40,847 bases of DNA. Source: Candidatus Saccharimonadota bacterium. Lineage in GTDB: Bacteria; Patescibacteriota; Saccharimonadia; Saccharimonadales; SZUA-47. A program made the position numbers and the translations under genes. Shown here in pieces: positions 17,937 through 26,184 of this stretch. How positions within the stretch are numbered: position 1 is the first letter of the stretch; each line of letters starts with the position of its first letter. Under the pieces are notes generated by a model. It was given only the letters and a program-made list of their open reading frames with translations, did not search any database and was not told where the DNA came from. The stretch is taken from assembly GCA_017993025.1 (NCBI GenBank), contig JAGONL010000002.1, positions 1 to 40,847 on the forward strand, read 5' to 3'.

Positions 17937-18662
17937 AAACAATTTGCAGTATTTGATATTGATGGAACTATCTCCAGAACCAGCTTGCTACAACTTATGG
18001 TGAGAGAACTTGTAACTAGAGGCAAATTAGACATTGGTACCGGTAAGCAAATAGAAATGATGTTGCACGACTACCGTCAAAGAATTGGCGACGACAACTT
18101 TGGCGACTACATGAAACAAGCCGTGGATATGATGTTTAAAGCCATGCCAGACGGACTCCGGATAGAGGATTATAACGAAATTACAGACGCGATTGTTAAG
18201 ATGTCACTTAGCAACACCTACGTCTATACCCGCGAACTTTTGCAGACACTGAAACGCAACAATTTCTTTTTAATAGCTATTTCAGGTTCTGAGGTCAAGG
18301 CAGTAAGCACGCTTGCACGCTCTCTTGGATTTGATGCCTGGGTTGGCGAAGTTAATTATATAGAGACAAATGGCAAATTGAACGGTCAAATAAAAGCACT
18401 AACTCAAAGTAAAGCTGAAATACTCCGCACGATTATCAAGAAGTTTGATTTAAACGAAAAGGGCAGTACTGCGGTGGGCGACACAAGTAGCGACATAAGC
18501 GTACTTGAAATGGTAGACAGCCCAATTGTGTTTAACCCTAATCAGGCGCTGTTTAAAGTAGCCCGCGAAAAAGGCTGGATGATAGTGCTAGAGCGCAAAG
18601 ATATGGTTTATGGCATGGTTCAGGAAAACGGACAATACACGCTTAAACAGGTGAATGTTTAA
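17931..18662 (+). CDS. HAD-IB family hydrolase (SerB-like phosphatase), paralog 1
   Basis: Trimmed to the ATG at 17931 (MRKQFAVFDIDGT). It carries the DxDGT motif, SGS, and GDTSSDISVLEMV. Confidence 0.8.
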   Translation: MRKQFAVFDIDGTISRTSLLQLMVRELVTRGKLDIGTGKQIEMMLHDYRQRIGDDNFGDYMKQAVDMMFKAMPDGLRIEDYNEITDAIVKMSLSNTYVYTRELLQTLKRNNFFLIAISGSEVKAVSTLARSLGFDAWVGEVNYIETNGKLNGQIKALTQSKAEILRTIIKKFDLNEKGSTAVGDTSSDISVLEMVDSPIVFNPNQALFKVAREKGWMIVLERKDMVYGMVQENGQYTLKQVNV

Positions 18663-18666
18663 GCGC

Positions 18667-18787
18667 AAATTCTAAATTCTAAGCACTAAATTCTAAAAAA
18701 TTGGAAAAAATTGGAAAAAAGAAAACGGAAAATGGGTAGCTACTTTTAGATTTATAGCTTAGTGCTTTTTAAAATTTAGTACTTTAG
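18667..18787. repeat. word-repeat spacer with imperfect inverted arms between the two HAD paralogs
   Basis: aaattctaaattctaagcactaaattctaaaa pairs imperfectly with ttttagatttatagcttagtgctttttaaaatttagtactttag. A tandem aaaattggaaaa x2 lies between the arms. Confidence 0.75.
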
Positions 18788-18884
18788 GTTTTGTATTTAC
18801 CTATTTTAATAAATCGTTAATTTGTTAATTTATTAGTTCATGAGTTAATTGCCAATAAGTTAATGCAACTATATACTAATACTC

Positions 18885-19598
18885 ATGAAGAGGAAGTTTG
18901 CGGTATTTGATATTGACGGCACTATTGCTAGAAATGCTTTATTTTTACAGATAGTCGACCAGCTAATTGCAAATAAAAACTTAGATCCAAAATATCGCGA
19001 AGAGCTTGATAAAAAATACACAAACTATCTGCACAGGTCACATCAGGATGCTTTCAAAGAATACACAAGCTTATCTGTTGATGTACTTTTTAAAAATATG
19101 AAAACACTAAAGACAGATGAATATAGAAAAGCAGTGGACGAAGTGATAAAAAACAGTGCAAAAAATGTCTACGTCTATACTCGGCAGTTAATTTTAGACC
19201 TTCAAAAACAAGGATATTTTATAATTGCACTGTCCGGTTCGGAGATGTATGCCGTGCAGGAGTTTACTAAACAGTTTAATTTCGATATTGCTGTAGGTGA
19301 AAATTATCATGAAAAAGACGGTTTTTTAACTGGAAATGTAGATAACGTCTTTGATAGAAAAGATAAGTTTATCAAACAGTTCGTAGAAGAGCACAACTTA
19401 ACTTACGAAGATAGTTATGCAGTTGGAGACAGCCTTAGCGACGCATCGATGCTAAAAATGGTAGAAAACCCAATTGCGTTCAACCCTGAAGACAACTTAT
19501 TTGAAGAGGCCAAGAGAAAAGGGTGGAAGATTGTTGTAGAGCGCAAAAACGTAATCTACGAGCTGGAGCCAAAAAATGGAACATACTTATTGGCTTAA
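18885..19598 (+). CDS. HAD-IB family hydrolase, paralog 2
   Basis: 237 aa with FAVFDIDGTIARN, SGSEMY and GDSLSDASMLKMV. Colinear with paralog 1 but visibly more AT-rich. Confidence 0.8.
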   Translation: MKRKFAVFDIDGTIARNALFLQIVDQLIANKNLDPKYREELDKKYTNYLHRSHQDAFKEYTSLSVDVLFKNMKTLKTDEYRKAVDEVIKNSAKNVYVYTRQLILDLQKQGYFIIALSGSEMYAVQEFTKQFNFDIAVGENYHEKDGFLTGNVDNVFDRKDKFIKQFVEEHNLTYEDSYAVGDSLSDASMLKMVENPIAFNPEDNLFEEAKRKGWKIVVERKNVIYELEPKNGTYLLA

Positions 19599-20358
19599 AC
19601 AGGGAACAGAACCACTTTTCCCAGATATTTTATGGAGTAGGCCAGAGTCAAAATCTGGAGCTGGCAAGCTTTGCATAATTGGTGGTAATTCGCACGGCTT
19701 TGGCGCGCCGGGGATAGCCTATAATTCCTCAATGTCGGCGGGGGTGGGGTCCGTCAGTGTTTTGATGCCGGACGCTATAAAGAAAATTGTAAAAGGTCTA
19801 CTGCCCGATGCGGAATTTGCACCAAGCACGCCTAGCGGCAGTTTTTCCCGCCAAGCCCTAGACAGCCTGCTGTCGTCTAGTAATTGGGGCGACTGCACAT
19901 TACTGGCTGGTGACGTTGGTCGCAATAGCGAAACGGCTGTTCTGTTTGAAGCTTTTGTCAAAAAATATAGTGGGCTACTGACAATAACTCAGGACGCGGT
20001 AGATTTTTTTAAAGAAACACCCAAAGATTTGAGTGATAGGCCAGATACATTAATTGTTTTATCAATAAGCCAGCTACAAAAGCTTTTTATGTTCACACCT
20101 ACAATTACGCCAATAATACTTAGTATGTCCGTAGTACAGCTTGCAGAAGCGCTACACGAATACACCCTAGAGCACTGCGCAGTTATCGTAACCAAACATA
20201 ATGATTTAATATTTACAGCTAGCAAAGGGCAGGTCAGCACCACCAAAGATACCCGCAAAATTTGGCGAGTAGAAACAGCAGGCAGAGCAAGCGTTTTTTG
20301 GCTCCAAAACCTAGGTCATGCCTTTGAAGCCATAACTTCAAGCATTCACGCCGTGTAG
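19576..20358 (+). CDS. YjeF_C-like carbohydrate kinase fold protein (possible NAD(P)HX dehydratase)
   Basis: 260 aa. GKLCIIGGNSHGFGAPGIAYNSSMSAGVG and LLAGDVGRNSE resemble the Nnr C-terminal domain. Confidence 0.5.
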   Translation: MEHTYWLKQGTEPLFPDILWSRPESKSGAGKLCIIGGNSHGFGAPGIAYNSSMSAGVGSVSVLMPDAIKKIVKGLLPDAEFAPSTPSGSFSRQALDSLLSSSNWGDCTLLAGDVGRNSETAVLFEAFVKKYSGLLTITQDAVDFFKETPKDLSDRPDTLIVLSISQLQKLFMFTPTITPIILSMSVVQLAEALHEYTLEHCAVIVTKHNDLIFTASKGQVSTTKDTRKIWRVETAGRASVFWLQNLGHAFEAITSSIHAV

Positions 20359-20891
20359 GTCAGGAAAATTATAAGAACGTGCATTAAGCCATAGTACAAA
20401 ATCTGTGCTAATAGATAGTTTCTATGGTCTTTTTCTCTTAGCAAAGTAGCAATTAGCAAGATTGAGGCGAGTATAGTTATTGAAGCTACCCTAACATAAC
20501 CAGAAGTTGAGCTAAACGCCAAGTGGGCTACCAATATATAAAGAGAGAGGCCCAAGACATTAGCCAGTAAATCATGTGGAAGTGCTTTTGAACCTTCTCT
20601 GGGAATTATAGATGTCAGCATAAGACAGATACCGGCAACAATAACTAAAATATAGTCGAACATACTACCTGATAATGTTGGCAAAAACCAAGACCACAGA
20701 AAAAGTAATATTATCGGAATATAAATGAGGGTGGATGCTGTGTACATCTTCTTTGGTGTACCAGACGCCATATGATCGCTAATTGTTTTACGCTTGTCTA
20801 TATCCCATTTTGCAAGAATAAAGAATATAGTAAACCAGTAAAGCCCAACGGCCAGTAATATTAAATGCTTCACAAATAATATTATAGTCAA
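20346..20891 (-). CDS. hypothetical polytopic membrane protein
   Basis: 181 aa with 5-6 hydrophobic helices. Confidence 0.6.
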   Translation of the reverse strand: MTIILFVKHLILLAVGLYWFTIFFILAKWDIDKRKTISDHMASGTPKKMYTASTLIYIPIILLFLWSWFLPTLSGSMFDYILVIVAGICLMLTSIIPREGSKALPHDLLANVLGLSLYILVAHLAFSSTSGYVRVASITILASILLIATLLREKDHRNYLLAQILYYGLMHVLIIFLTYTA

Positions 20892-20959
20892 AAATTATCC
20901 TTATTAATATAACAGGGATTGATAATCCAGGGCTTCACCTCTATACTTATCAGAGGATT

Positions 20960-20975
20960 GCCGCCCTGGTGGAAT
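20960..20975 (+). repeat. 16 nt duplicate of the tRNA-Leu 5' end
   Basis: gccgccctggtggaat is identical to 21026-21041. Confidence 0.8.
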
Positions 20976-21025
20976 AATTTAAAAACCAATTTTAACAACT
21001 AGCGAATTTATCAATACTATTTGGA

Positions 21026-21111
21026 GCCGCCCTGGTGGAATGGTAGACACGCCGGACTCAAAATCCTGTGAGCTTATGCTCGTGACGGTTCAAGTCCGTC
21101 GGGCGGCACCA
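21026..21111 (+). tRNA. tRNA-Leu(CAA), class II with a long variable arm and encoded CCA
   Basis: Acceptor stem GCCGCCC/GGGCGGC, anticodon loop CUCAAAA, variable arm, T arm GACGG-TTCAAGT-CCGTC, discriminator A, then CCA. There is one C/U mismatch in the anticodon stem. Confidence 0.85.
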
Positions 21112-21127
21112 AATGAGATTGATATAT

Positions 21128-21400
21128 TATTTTTTTGAATTCGACTCGTAAAGTCGCTGGCTTCAATGGGCTTTTCGCGCCCATACCTACGACTCTCATT
21201 TTTTAATCGCAAAAAACGAGAGGCAAAAAAGCGACAGCCTGCTGAGAATACATAACTAGTTCCAGATACCAGCAACTTTCGCGCTGTAAGAACGCAAGCG
21301 TCCAGTAAACAATTTAAATAATGTATGTTTCTGGATTAGCTTACAGCTTGACTCGAAAGTCACTGATTGGAGCTAATCAGTATTTCAGGGGCTGGAGGAG
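21128..21400 (-). repeat. structured repeat element, copy A (candidate ncRNA; 5' domain type 1, 3' module x)
   Basis: Colinear with copies B, C, D, E and F when read on the minus strand. See the first finding for helices and covariation. Confidence 0.85.
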
Positions 21401-21434
21401 CTGCAAGGGCAACTATTGGGTAAGATTCAAAGAG

Positions 21435-21463
21435 TTGTAGTCTAAGTGTTAGTGTGTTATAGT
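21435..21463 (+). promoter_or_regulatory. sigma70-like promoter upstream of the cassette leader
   Basis: TTGTAG (21435-21440), 17 nt, then TGtTATAGT (-10 at 21458-21463). The ATG at 21470 is 7 nt downstream, so the transcript may be leaderless. Confidence 0.35.
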
Positions 21464-21469
21464 ATATTT

Positions 21470-21577
21470 ATGAACAAAGTTAACCTAAAGGCAGTCTTAA
21501 ACATTTCTCGACAGCAAACTGCCGTATTCTTTGGTTTTACTTCATTTATACCGGCGGTAACTCCTAGAACGTATTAA
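21470..21577 (+). CDS. candidate Phe-rich leader peptide (35 aa)
   Basis: MNKVNLKAVLNISRQQTAVFFGFTSFIPAVTPRTY has 4 Phe codons within 8 codons (21527-21549). It lies between a promoter-like site and a terminator, upstream of the PheRS-like operon. Confidence 0.3.
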   Translation: MNKVNLKAVLNISRQQTAVFFGFTSFIPAVTPRTY

Positions 21578-21598
21578 ACGACCATAAATAATCACAAG

Positions 21599-21627
21599 AG
21601 CGACCGCCACCAAAAGCGGTCGTTTTT
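21599..21627 (+). terminator. intrinsic terminator-like hairpin plus U-tract (candidate attenuator)
   Basis: agcgaccgc-caccaaaa-gcggtcgtt followed by ttttt. It lies 35 nt upstream of the ATG at 21662, on the same strand. Confidence 0.55.
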
Positions 21628-21661
21628 AATTTTAAAAATATTAGGAGAATAGGAGAAAATT

Positions 21662-22216
21662 ATGGAAATTTACAAAGAACTACTAGAGCGTGTTGCTGAA
21701 CCACATCAGTGGCACTTATCTGGCACTAGAAAGGGTAAAGTAAAAATAGATGAGGGTAAAGAACTACTGAAAGTAGAGCTTGGCCAAAAAATTCACACTA
21801 TTCAGTTGCAGATTGCCGACCCAACAAAAGCACGTCGAAGACCCGAATTACTAAGAACGGATAGACTCATGCGTCGTATGTACAGTACAACTCGTGACGG
21901 ATTGTTGGTCGGTAGATTAATTGGTATGTCGGTCAACGGTCGTCCGGTGGAAGGTGTTCCTAGTTTTGGATCACACAAAAGAAACATGAATCAGGAATGG
22001 CAAGATCGTTTAGAAGCGGATGGTGACAACCTGATAGGATTACAAATTGCTGGATGTATATTACAGCAAGCGATTAATATTGTCCCTGATCAAGAACTGC
22101 CTGAGGCCTATGAGCAACGCTCAACGCTTAATGACCTAGATATAAGGGCAAACGGCATTCTACTGGGAATTAAGTCGGTTCGACTGGATATGAGCAGATC
22201 GGGACTATCAGTATGA
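21662..22216 (+). CDS. hypothetical protein, first gene of the aaRS-like cassette
   Basis: 184 aa with a strong RBS (aggagaataggagaaaattATG). Its stop overlaps the next start (ATGA at 22213-22216). No family recognised. Confidence 0.7.
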   Translation: MEIYKELLERVAEPHQWHLSGTRKGKVKIDEGKELLKVELGQKIHTIQLQIADPTKARRRPELLRTDRLMRRMYSTTRDGLLVGRLIGMSVNGRPVEGVPSFGSHKRNMNQEWQDRLEADGDNLIGLQIAGCILQQAINIVPDQELPEAYEQRSTLNDLDIRANGILLGIKSVRLDMSRSGLSV

Positions 22217-23343
22217 AAATGTACATTAAACCAATAACAAAAACTGAGCTCAAGAAGTACCTCAGCATTAAAGACTTAACGCAGGATACCAATCATTCGA
22301 TTGGTATCCTAGCAAATATGATCATGGACCGTATGCGTCTAACTCATCCCAATTCCGATGTGCGGGTTTATCGAAACAATCCTGCGGTAACTACGGAGGA
22401 TAATTACGATAATCTGTGTATCAAAGCCGACAATATTAGTCGTTCGTCTGCCTATACCCACTACATAGACAGTACTCACGTTTTAAGAACCCACACATCA
22501 GCACAAATTCCGGGCATATTGCGTAGCCTCGCTAAAGATAGCACTTGGAGCGACGTGCTTATTTTAATTCCAGGCCTTGCCTATAGACGAGACGTCACAG
22601 ATAAAAAGCATGTAGGTGAAGTACATATGTTAGATATGTGGCGCATTGTAAGAAGTGATAAGGTAAAAGTCATCGCAAAGGATGATCTACTTCATGTTGT
22701 TGAAGATATCGCATCTGTTGCATCACCAGGATGGAACTTGAGAATCATTGATTCACCACACCCGTATACAAAACAAGGCATAGAAGTAAATGCCGTGCTA
22801 GGTGATCGTGATATAGAAATACTTGAATGCGGATTAGTAGGAGATGAGGTCATGAAAAAAGCTGGCCTAGACCCAAGTGTCTGTTCGGGCTGGGCACTTG
22901 GTATGGGTCTGGACCGTCTTACAATGACACTAAAAAATATTCCCGATGTTCGATACTTGCGATCTTCAAATCCCAAAATTGCTTTTCAAATGAAAGATCT
23001 CTCGAAATATATAGAGGTGTCACATCAACCGGCTATAATTCGAGACATGTCCTACAGTGTACCGGAGGGATACGTTGAAGAAGATGTGAATGAAGATATC
23101 CGAATAGCACTTGGAAAACGAGCAGGTATTTTAGAAAGTGTAGAAATTCTAAACGAAACAAGCTACAAAGATCTGCCAGAACAAGTACGTACTAGACTAG
23201 GCATCTCTAAAGATCAAAAAAATCTGCTTGTACGAGTAACACTAAGACATCTTAATCGAAGTCTAACCAACGATGAGGCAAATACCATTTACGATCAGGT
23301 TTACGATGTTATTAACTATGGATCAGGAGGATATCCGTCATGA
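22213..23343 (+). CDS. single-chain phenylalanyl-tRNA synthetase-like protein (PheS-type class II core fused to a C-terminal FDX-ACB domain)
   Basis: 376 aa. LRTHTSAQIPGILR, PGLAYRRD and EILECGLVGDEVMKKAGLDPSVCSGWALGMGLDRLTMTLKNIPDVRYL parallel PheS motifs 2 and 3. The C-terminal PAIIRDMSYSVPEG...LLVRVTLRHLNRSLTNDEAN resembles the ferredoxin-fold anticodon-binding domain of PheT and mitochondrial PheRS. Confidence 0.75.
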   Translation: MKMYIKPITKTELKKYLSIKDLTQDTNHSIGILANMIMDRMRLTHPNSDVRVYRNNPAVTTEDNYDNLCIKADNISRSSAYTHYIDSTHVLRTHTSAQIPGILRSLAKDSTWSDVLILIPGLAYRRDVTDKKHVGEVHMLDMWRIVRSDKVKVIAKDDLLHVVEDIASVASPGWNLRIIDSPHPYTKQGIEVNAVLGDRDIEILECGLVGDEVMKKAGLDPSVCSGWALGMGLDRLTMTLKNIPDVRYLRSSNPKIAFQMKDLSKYIEVSHQPAIIRDMSYSVPEGYVEEDVNEDIRIALGKRAGILESVEILNETSYKDLPEQVRTRLGISKDQKNLLVRVTLRHLNRSLTNDEANTIYDQVYDVINYGSGGYPS

Positions 23344-23427
23344 ACGGCATGAAACAACACTACTGCCTAAAATTTGGTAGACTAACCATATGAAACAAGA
23401 AAATAATAAAACAGAGGGGATAATGCT

Positions 23428-24168
23428 ATGACTGAATTACTATATTTACAGGATTTTGACACTGTAACTTGCGCTGCTGTTGTAGAGCATATAGGTAAAA
23501 CGGGTGACGGCAGAGCAGATATTGTGCTTGATAGAACCTGCTTTTATCCGCGTGGGGGTGGGCAGGACTGGGACAAGGGTGAAATATCTTCTGGTAATTT
23601 AAAACTTATTGTTGAAGAAGTTCGACTTGATGAAAACGGCAATGTACATCACGTAGGCACACTGGCTGGCGGAATGTTTATGGTCGGAGAAGATGTAGAC
23701 TGCAGTGTTGATACAGAAAGACGCATAATTAACACTAGATTGCACTCTGGTGGACACGTTGTTGACATGGCTGTTGACAGTCTTGAACTCGATTGGATTG
23801 CTACAAAAGGACAACACTATCCAGAGTTATGCGCAATAGAATATTCAGGAACTTGGGATGTCGAAAAGGCAGAGGAACTCCGATCAAGTATTGAGCAAAA
23901 AACTAATGAGTTTGTAAAGAGCGCATACCAAACAAGCCTGCGCTTCATGCCTTTGCAAGAAATGCATACTGTATGTCGTCACGTACCCGAGAATATTCCG
24001 AAAAACAAGCCAGGCCGAGTAGTGATGTATGGTGAAGATTTTGGTATTCCATGCGGTGGCACTCACGTAAAAAATCTCTCGGAAATTGGTGAGATTAAAG
24101 TTTCAAAGCTAAAAGAGAAAAAAGGTGTGATTCGTTTAAACTATGAGGTAGTTGGAATTAACGCCTAA
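23428..24168 (+). CDS. AlaX-like aminoacyl-tRNA trans-editing protein (Thr/Ala-tRNA synthetase second additional domain)
   Basis: 246 aa with FYPRGGGQDWDKG, an HxxxH zinc motif (HSGGH) and a CxxxH motif (CGGTH). Confidence 0.8.
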   Translation: MTELLYLQDFDTVTCAAVVEHIGKTGDGRADIVLDRTCFYPRGGGQDWDKGEISSGNLKLIVEEVRLDENGNVHHVGTLAGGMFMVGEDVDCSVDTERRIINTRLHSGGHVVDMAVDSLELDWIATKGQHYPELCAIEYSGTWDVEKAEELRSSIEQKTNEFVKSAYQTSLRFMPLQEMHTVCRHVPENIPKNKPGRVVMYGEDFGIPCGGTHVKNLSEIGEIKVSKLKEKKGVIRLNYEVVGINA

Positions 24169-24189
24169 GTGAAACAAAACTATTAAAGC

Positions 24190-24466
24190 CCTGTAGCCCG
24201 TCCACCCTCTGAAATACTGATTCATGACAATCAGCCACTTCTGAGTCAAGCATTAAGCAAATCCAGAAACATATATCTTAAAGTTGTTTACTGGACGCTT
24301 GCGTCCTTAATGCGCAGAAGTGGGTGGTATCTGTCATGAGTCATGTATTCTCAATAGGGTGTCGCTTTCTTTGCTTCATTTCTTTGCGACCAAAGAAATG
24401 AAGGCCTAGCACGACTGGCAAAAGTCGTATGTTCGTAGGTATGGGCGCGAAAAGCCCATTGTAGCC
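24190..24466 (+). repeat. structured repeat element, copy B (5' domain type 2, 3' module y)
   Basis: See the first finding. Its 3' end abuts the sortase gene start on the same strand. Confidence 0.85.
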
Positions 24467-24505
24467 TATTTGAACAGTGCTAGCCTGAGAAATGTTATAC
24501 TGTTA

Positions 24506-25876
24506 ATGATTATGGCTGACGATAATACAAACAATAGCTCCGATGATGATTTGCTGGCAGAACTTAGGGCGAGAACTGCAATGCTTGCTGAGAAAGTTCA
24601 TGGCCACGAAGATCCAGCAAATAGAGTTTTGAAGCTTAATGACACTTCAGAAGATGGTGACGATTTTGTTGACTCGCTGAAACAGGACAAGCCAGAAATA
24701 CAACAGACAAAATCTGAAACTTTAGAGCTTTTTGACTCAAAAGGCAATCCTGCAGTTGAACTTGTGCGCCAAAAACTGGCAAATCTATACAAAAAAGAAC
24801 CAGATGCTAAAACAGAAGCTATAGAATCGTATCAGGCAGGCAAGCACCGCTCTAAGCACCAAATGGTTATGTATAATTTATCGACTTCAGGCAGATCCCT
24901 AGCCGATATTCAGACTCAGTGGCACGAATATTACAGTGGACTTCCTGACGAAGAAAAGCACCAGGTTTGGCAAGAATTCTATGAAAATCAGGGTCAAGTT
25001 TCAGCATTTGAAATGGCTCAACCGAAAACACAAAAATCGATCACCCCAGCACCACATAAAAAATCTAAAGCCCCTAAAATTTTCGCTGTTCAAAACCCCG
25101 GAGACACTCGTACAGTTGGCGAAATCAAAAACTCGCTCTATGACAAAGTCAGTGCAGGGGGCAAGCTAACTGCTGTCCATCACTTTAAATCACTTTTGTT
25201 TGGGTTGGGACTAGCGTCATTGGTTGGGTTAATTATTACGTTTACTTTCTTTAATGAGGTGTTTATCGCACCATTTATAAGCCCCGGCAAAAACGTATCT
25301 GCCACACCTATAATCGGTAATCAAACAGGGGATGTTGGTCCGGAGTCTAAAATTATTATTCCTAAAATTAACCTAGAAGTTCCTGTTGTTTTTGGCATGA
25401 CTACGATTGACGAAAAACAGGTTCAGTCAGAGCTTGAAAACGGGGTTGTGCACTATGCCAGCACCCCAAACCCTGGGGAAAGTGGAAACGTGGCGATTGT
25501 TGGGCATTCTAGCAATAATATCCTGAACTCCGGTAAGTATAAATTTGCTTTTGTACTACTTAAAAAACTAGAAGCAGAGGATACATTTTTTGTTCAAAAA
25601 GACGGTATTCGTTACACCTATAAAGTCTACAAAAAAGAAGTTGTAGGACCAGATAATGTTGCCGTGTTAGACACTCAAGAAAAACCGAACACAATTACCC
25701 TGATTACCTGTGACCCGCCTGGTACGTCTATAAATAGATTAATAATAACGGCAGAGCAGATATCGCCTGACCCTCTAGGCAATAAACCTAGCACGGCCAT
25801 TCCGGTAACTGCGGAGGAAGTAGACAAGCTTCCTAGCAACGCGCCAAGTTTATGGTCGCGAATCTGGCCCTTCTAG
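24506..25876 (+). CDS. sortase-family transpeptidase with a long N-terminal region and TM anchor
   Basis: The track ORF starts at TTG 24470, inside repeat B, so it is trimmed to the ATG at 24506. Catalytic His (IVGHSSNN), TLITCDPPG Cys motif, TM helix LLFGLGLASLVGLIITFTFF. Confidence 0.8.
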   Translation: MIMADDNTNNSSDDDLLAELRARTAMLAEKVHGHEDPANRVLKLNDTSEDGDDFVDSLKQDKPEIQQTKSETLELFDSKGNPAVELVRQKLANLYKKEPDAKTEAIESYQAGKHRSKHQMVMYNLSTSGRSLADIQTQWHEYYSGLPDEEKHQVWQEFYENQGQVSAFEMAQPKTQKSITPAPHKKSKAPKIFAVQNPGDTRTVGEIKNSLYDKVSAGGKLTAVHHFKSLLFGLGLASLVGLIITFTFFNEVFIAPFISPGKNVSATPIIGNQTGDVGPESKIIIPKINLEVPVVFGMTTIDEKQVQSELENGVVHYASTPNPGESGNVAIVGHSSNNILNSGKYKFAFVLLKKLEAEDTFFVQKDGIRYTYKVYKKEVVGPDNVAVLDTQEKPNTITLITCDPPGTSINRLIITAEQISPDPLGNKPSTAIPVTAEEVDKLPSNAPSLWSRIWPF

Positions 25877-26155
25877 TCGTCTCGCAGACGACACTACTTT
25901 TCGGCTACAGGCGAGCAAAGGGGCTAGTGCCAGCCCCTTAAACCCCTCGCCATACTTTTCCCTACAGGCGCAAAAGTATGCAAAAGCCCCGCAGCCTATC
26001 TGCGAAACATCTTTAAAGACAAACTAACCAGAACCTAGTCGCGCCCTGAGGACGCAAGCGGTCAAAAGTGAGTTTAATAACTGAGTACTTTTGACTTGGC
26101 TCAGGGCTTGATTCGCCTAGCCCCTGATTGTCTTTAAGCGTTTACAGAGGCTGAC
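25877..26155 (-). repeat. structured repeat element, copy F (divergent type 3)
   Basis: See the first finding. Its 3'-terminal hairpin gtcgtct-cgc-agacgac (25876-25892) sits at the sortase stop codon. Confidence 0.8.
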
Positions 26156-26184
26156 CTAGCTGCACGAGCTACGTAGCTACTGTG

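Noticed and set aside
17627-18034. ORFs 17627-17938 (plus) and 17783-18034 (minus).
   Set aside because: They cover the AT-rich promoter region and the structured GC-rich leader. Their peptides are of low plausibility and they overlap the HAD gene start.
21090-21275. Small ORFs lying inside the structured repeats (21090-21275 minus, 26269-26493 plus, 29778-29969 minus, 30262-30483 plus). Two of them share the peptide CRFFASRFLRLKNESRRYGREKP.
   Set aside because: The shared peptide comes from the 69 nt identical hairpin module. Other copies replace that module with a different, compensated hairpin and have no conserved frame. The variation pattern preserves base pairs, not codons.
21411-21661. 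T-box leader upstream of the aaRS-like operon.
   Set aside because: I looked for the conserved T-box sequence (AGGGUGGNACCGCG-like) and for a specifier-loop arrangement and found neither. Only a simple terminator and a mini-ORF are present.
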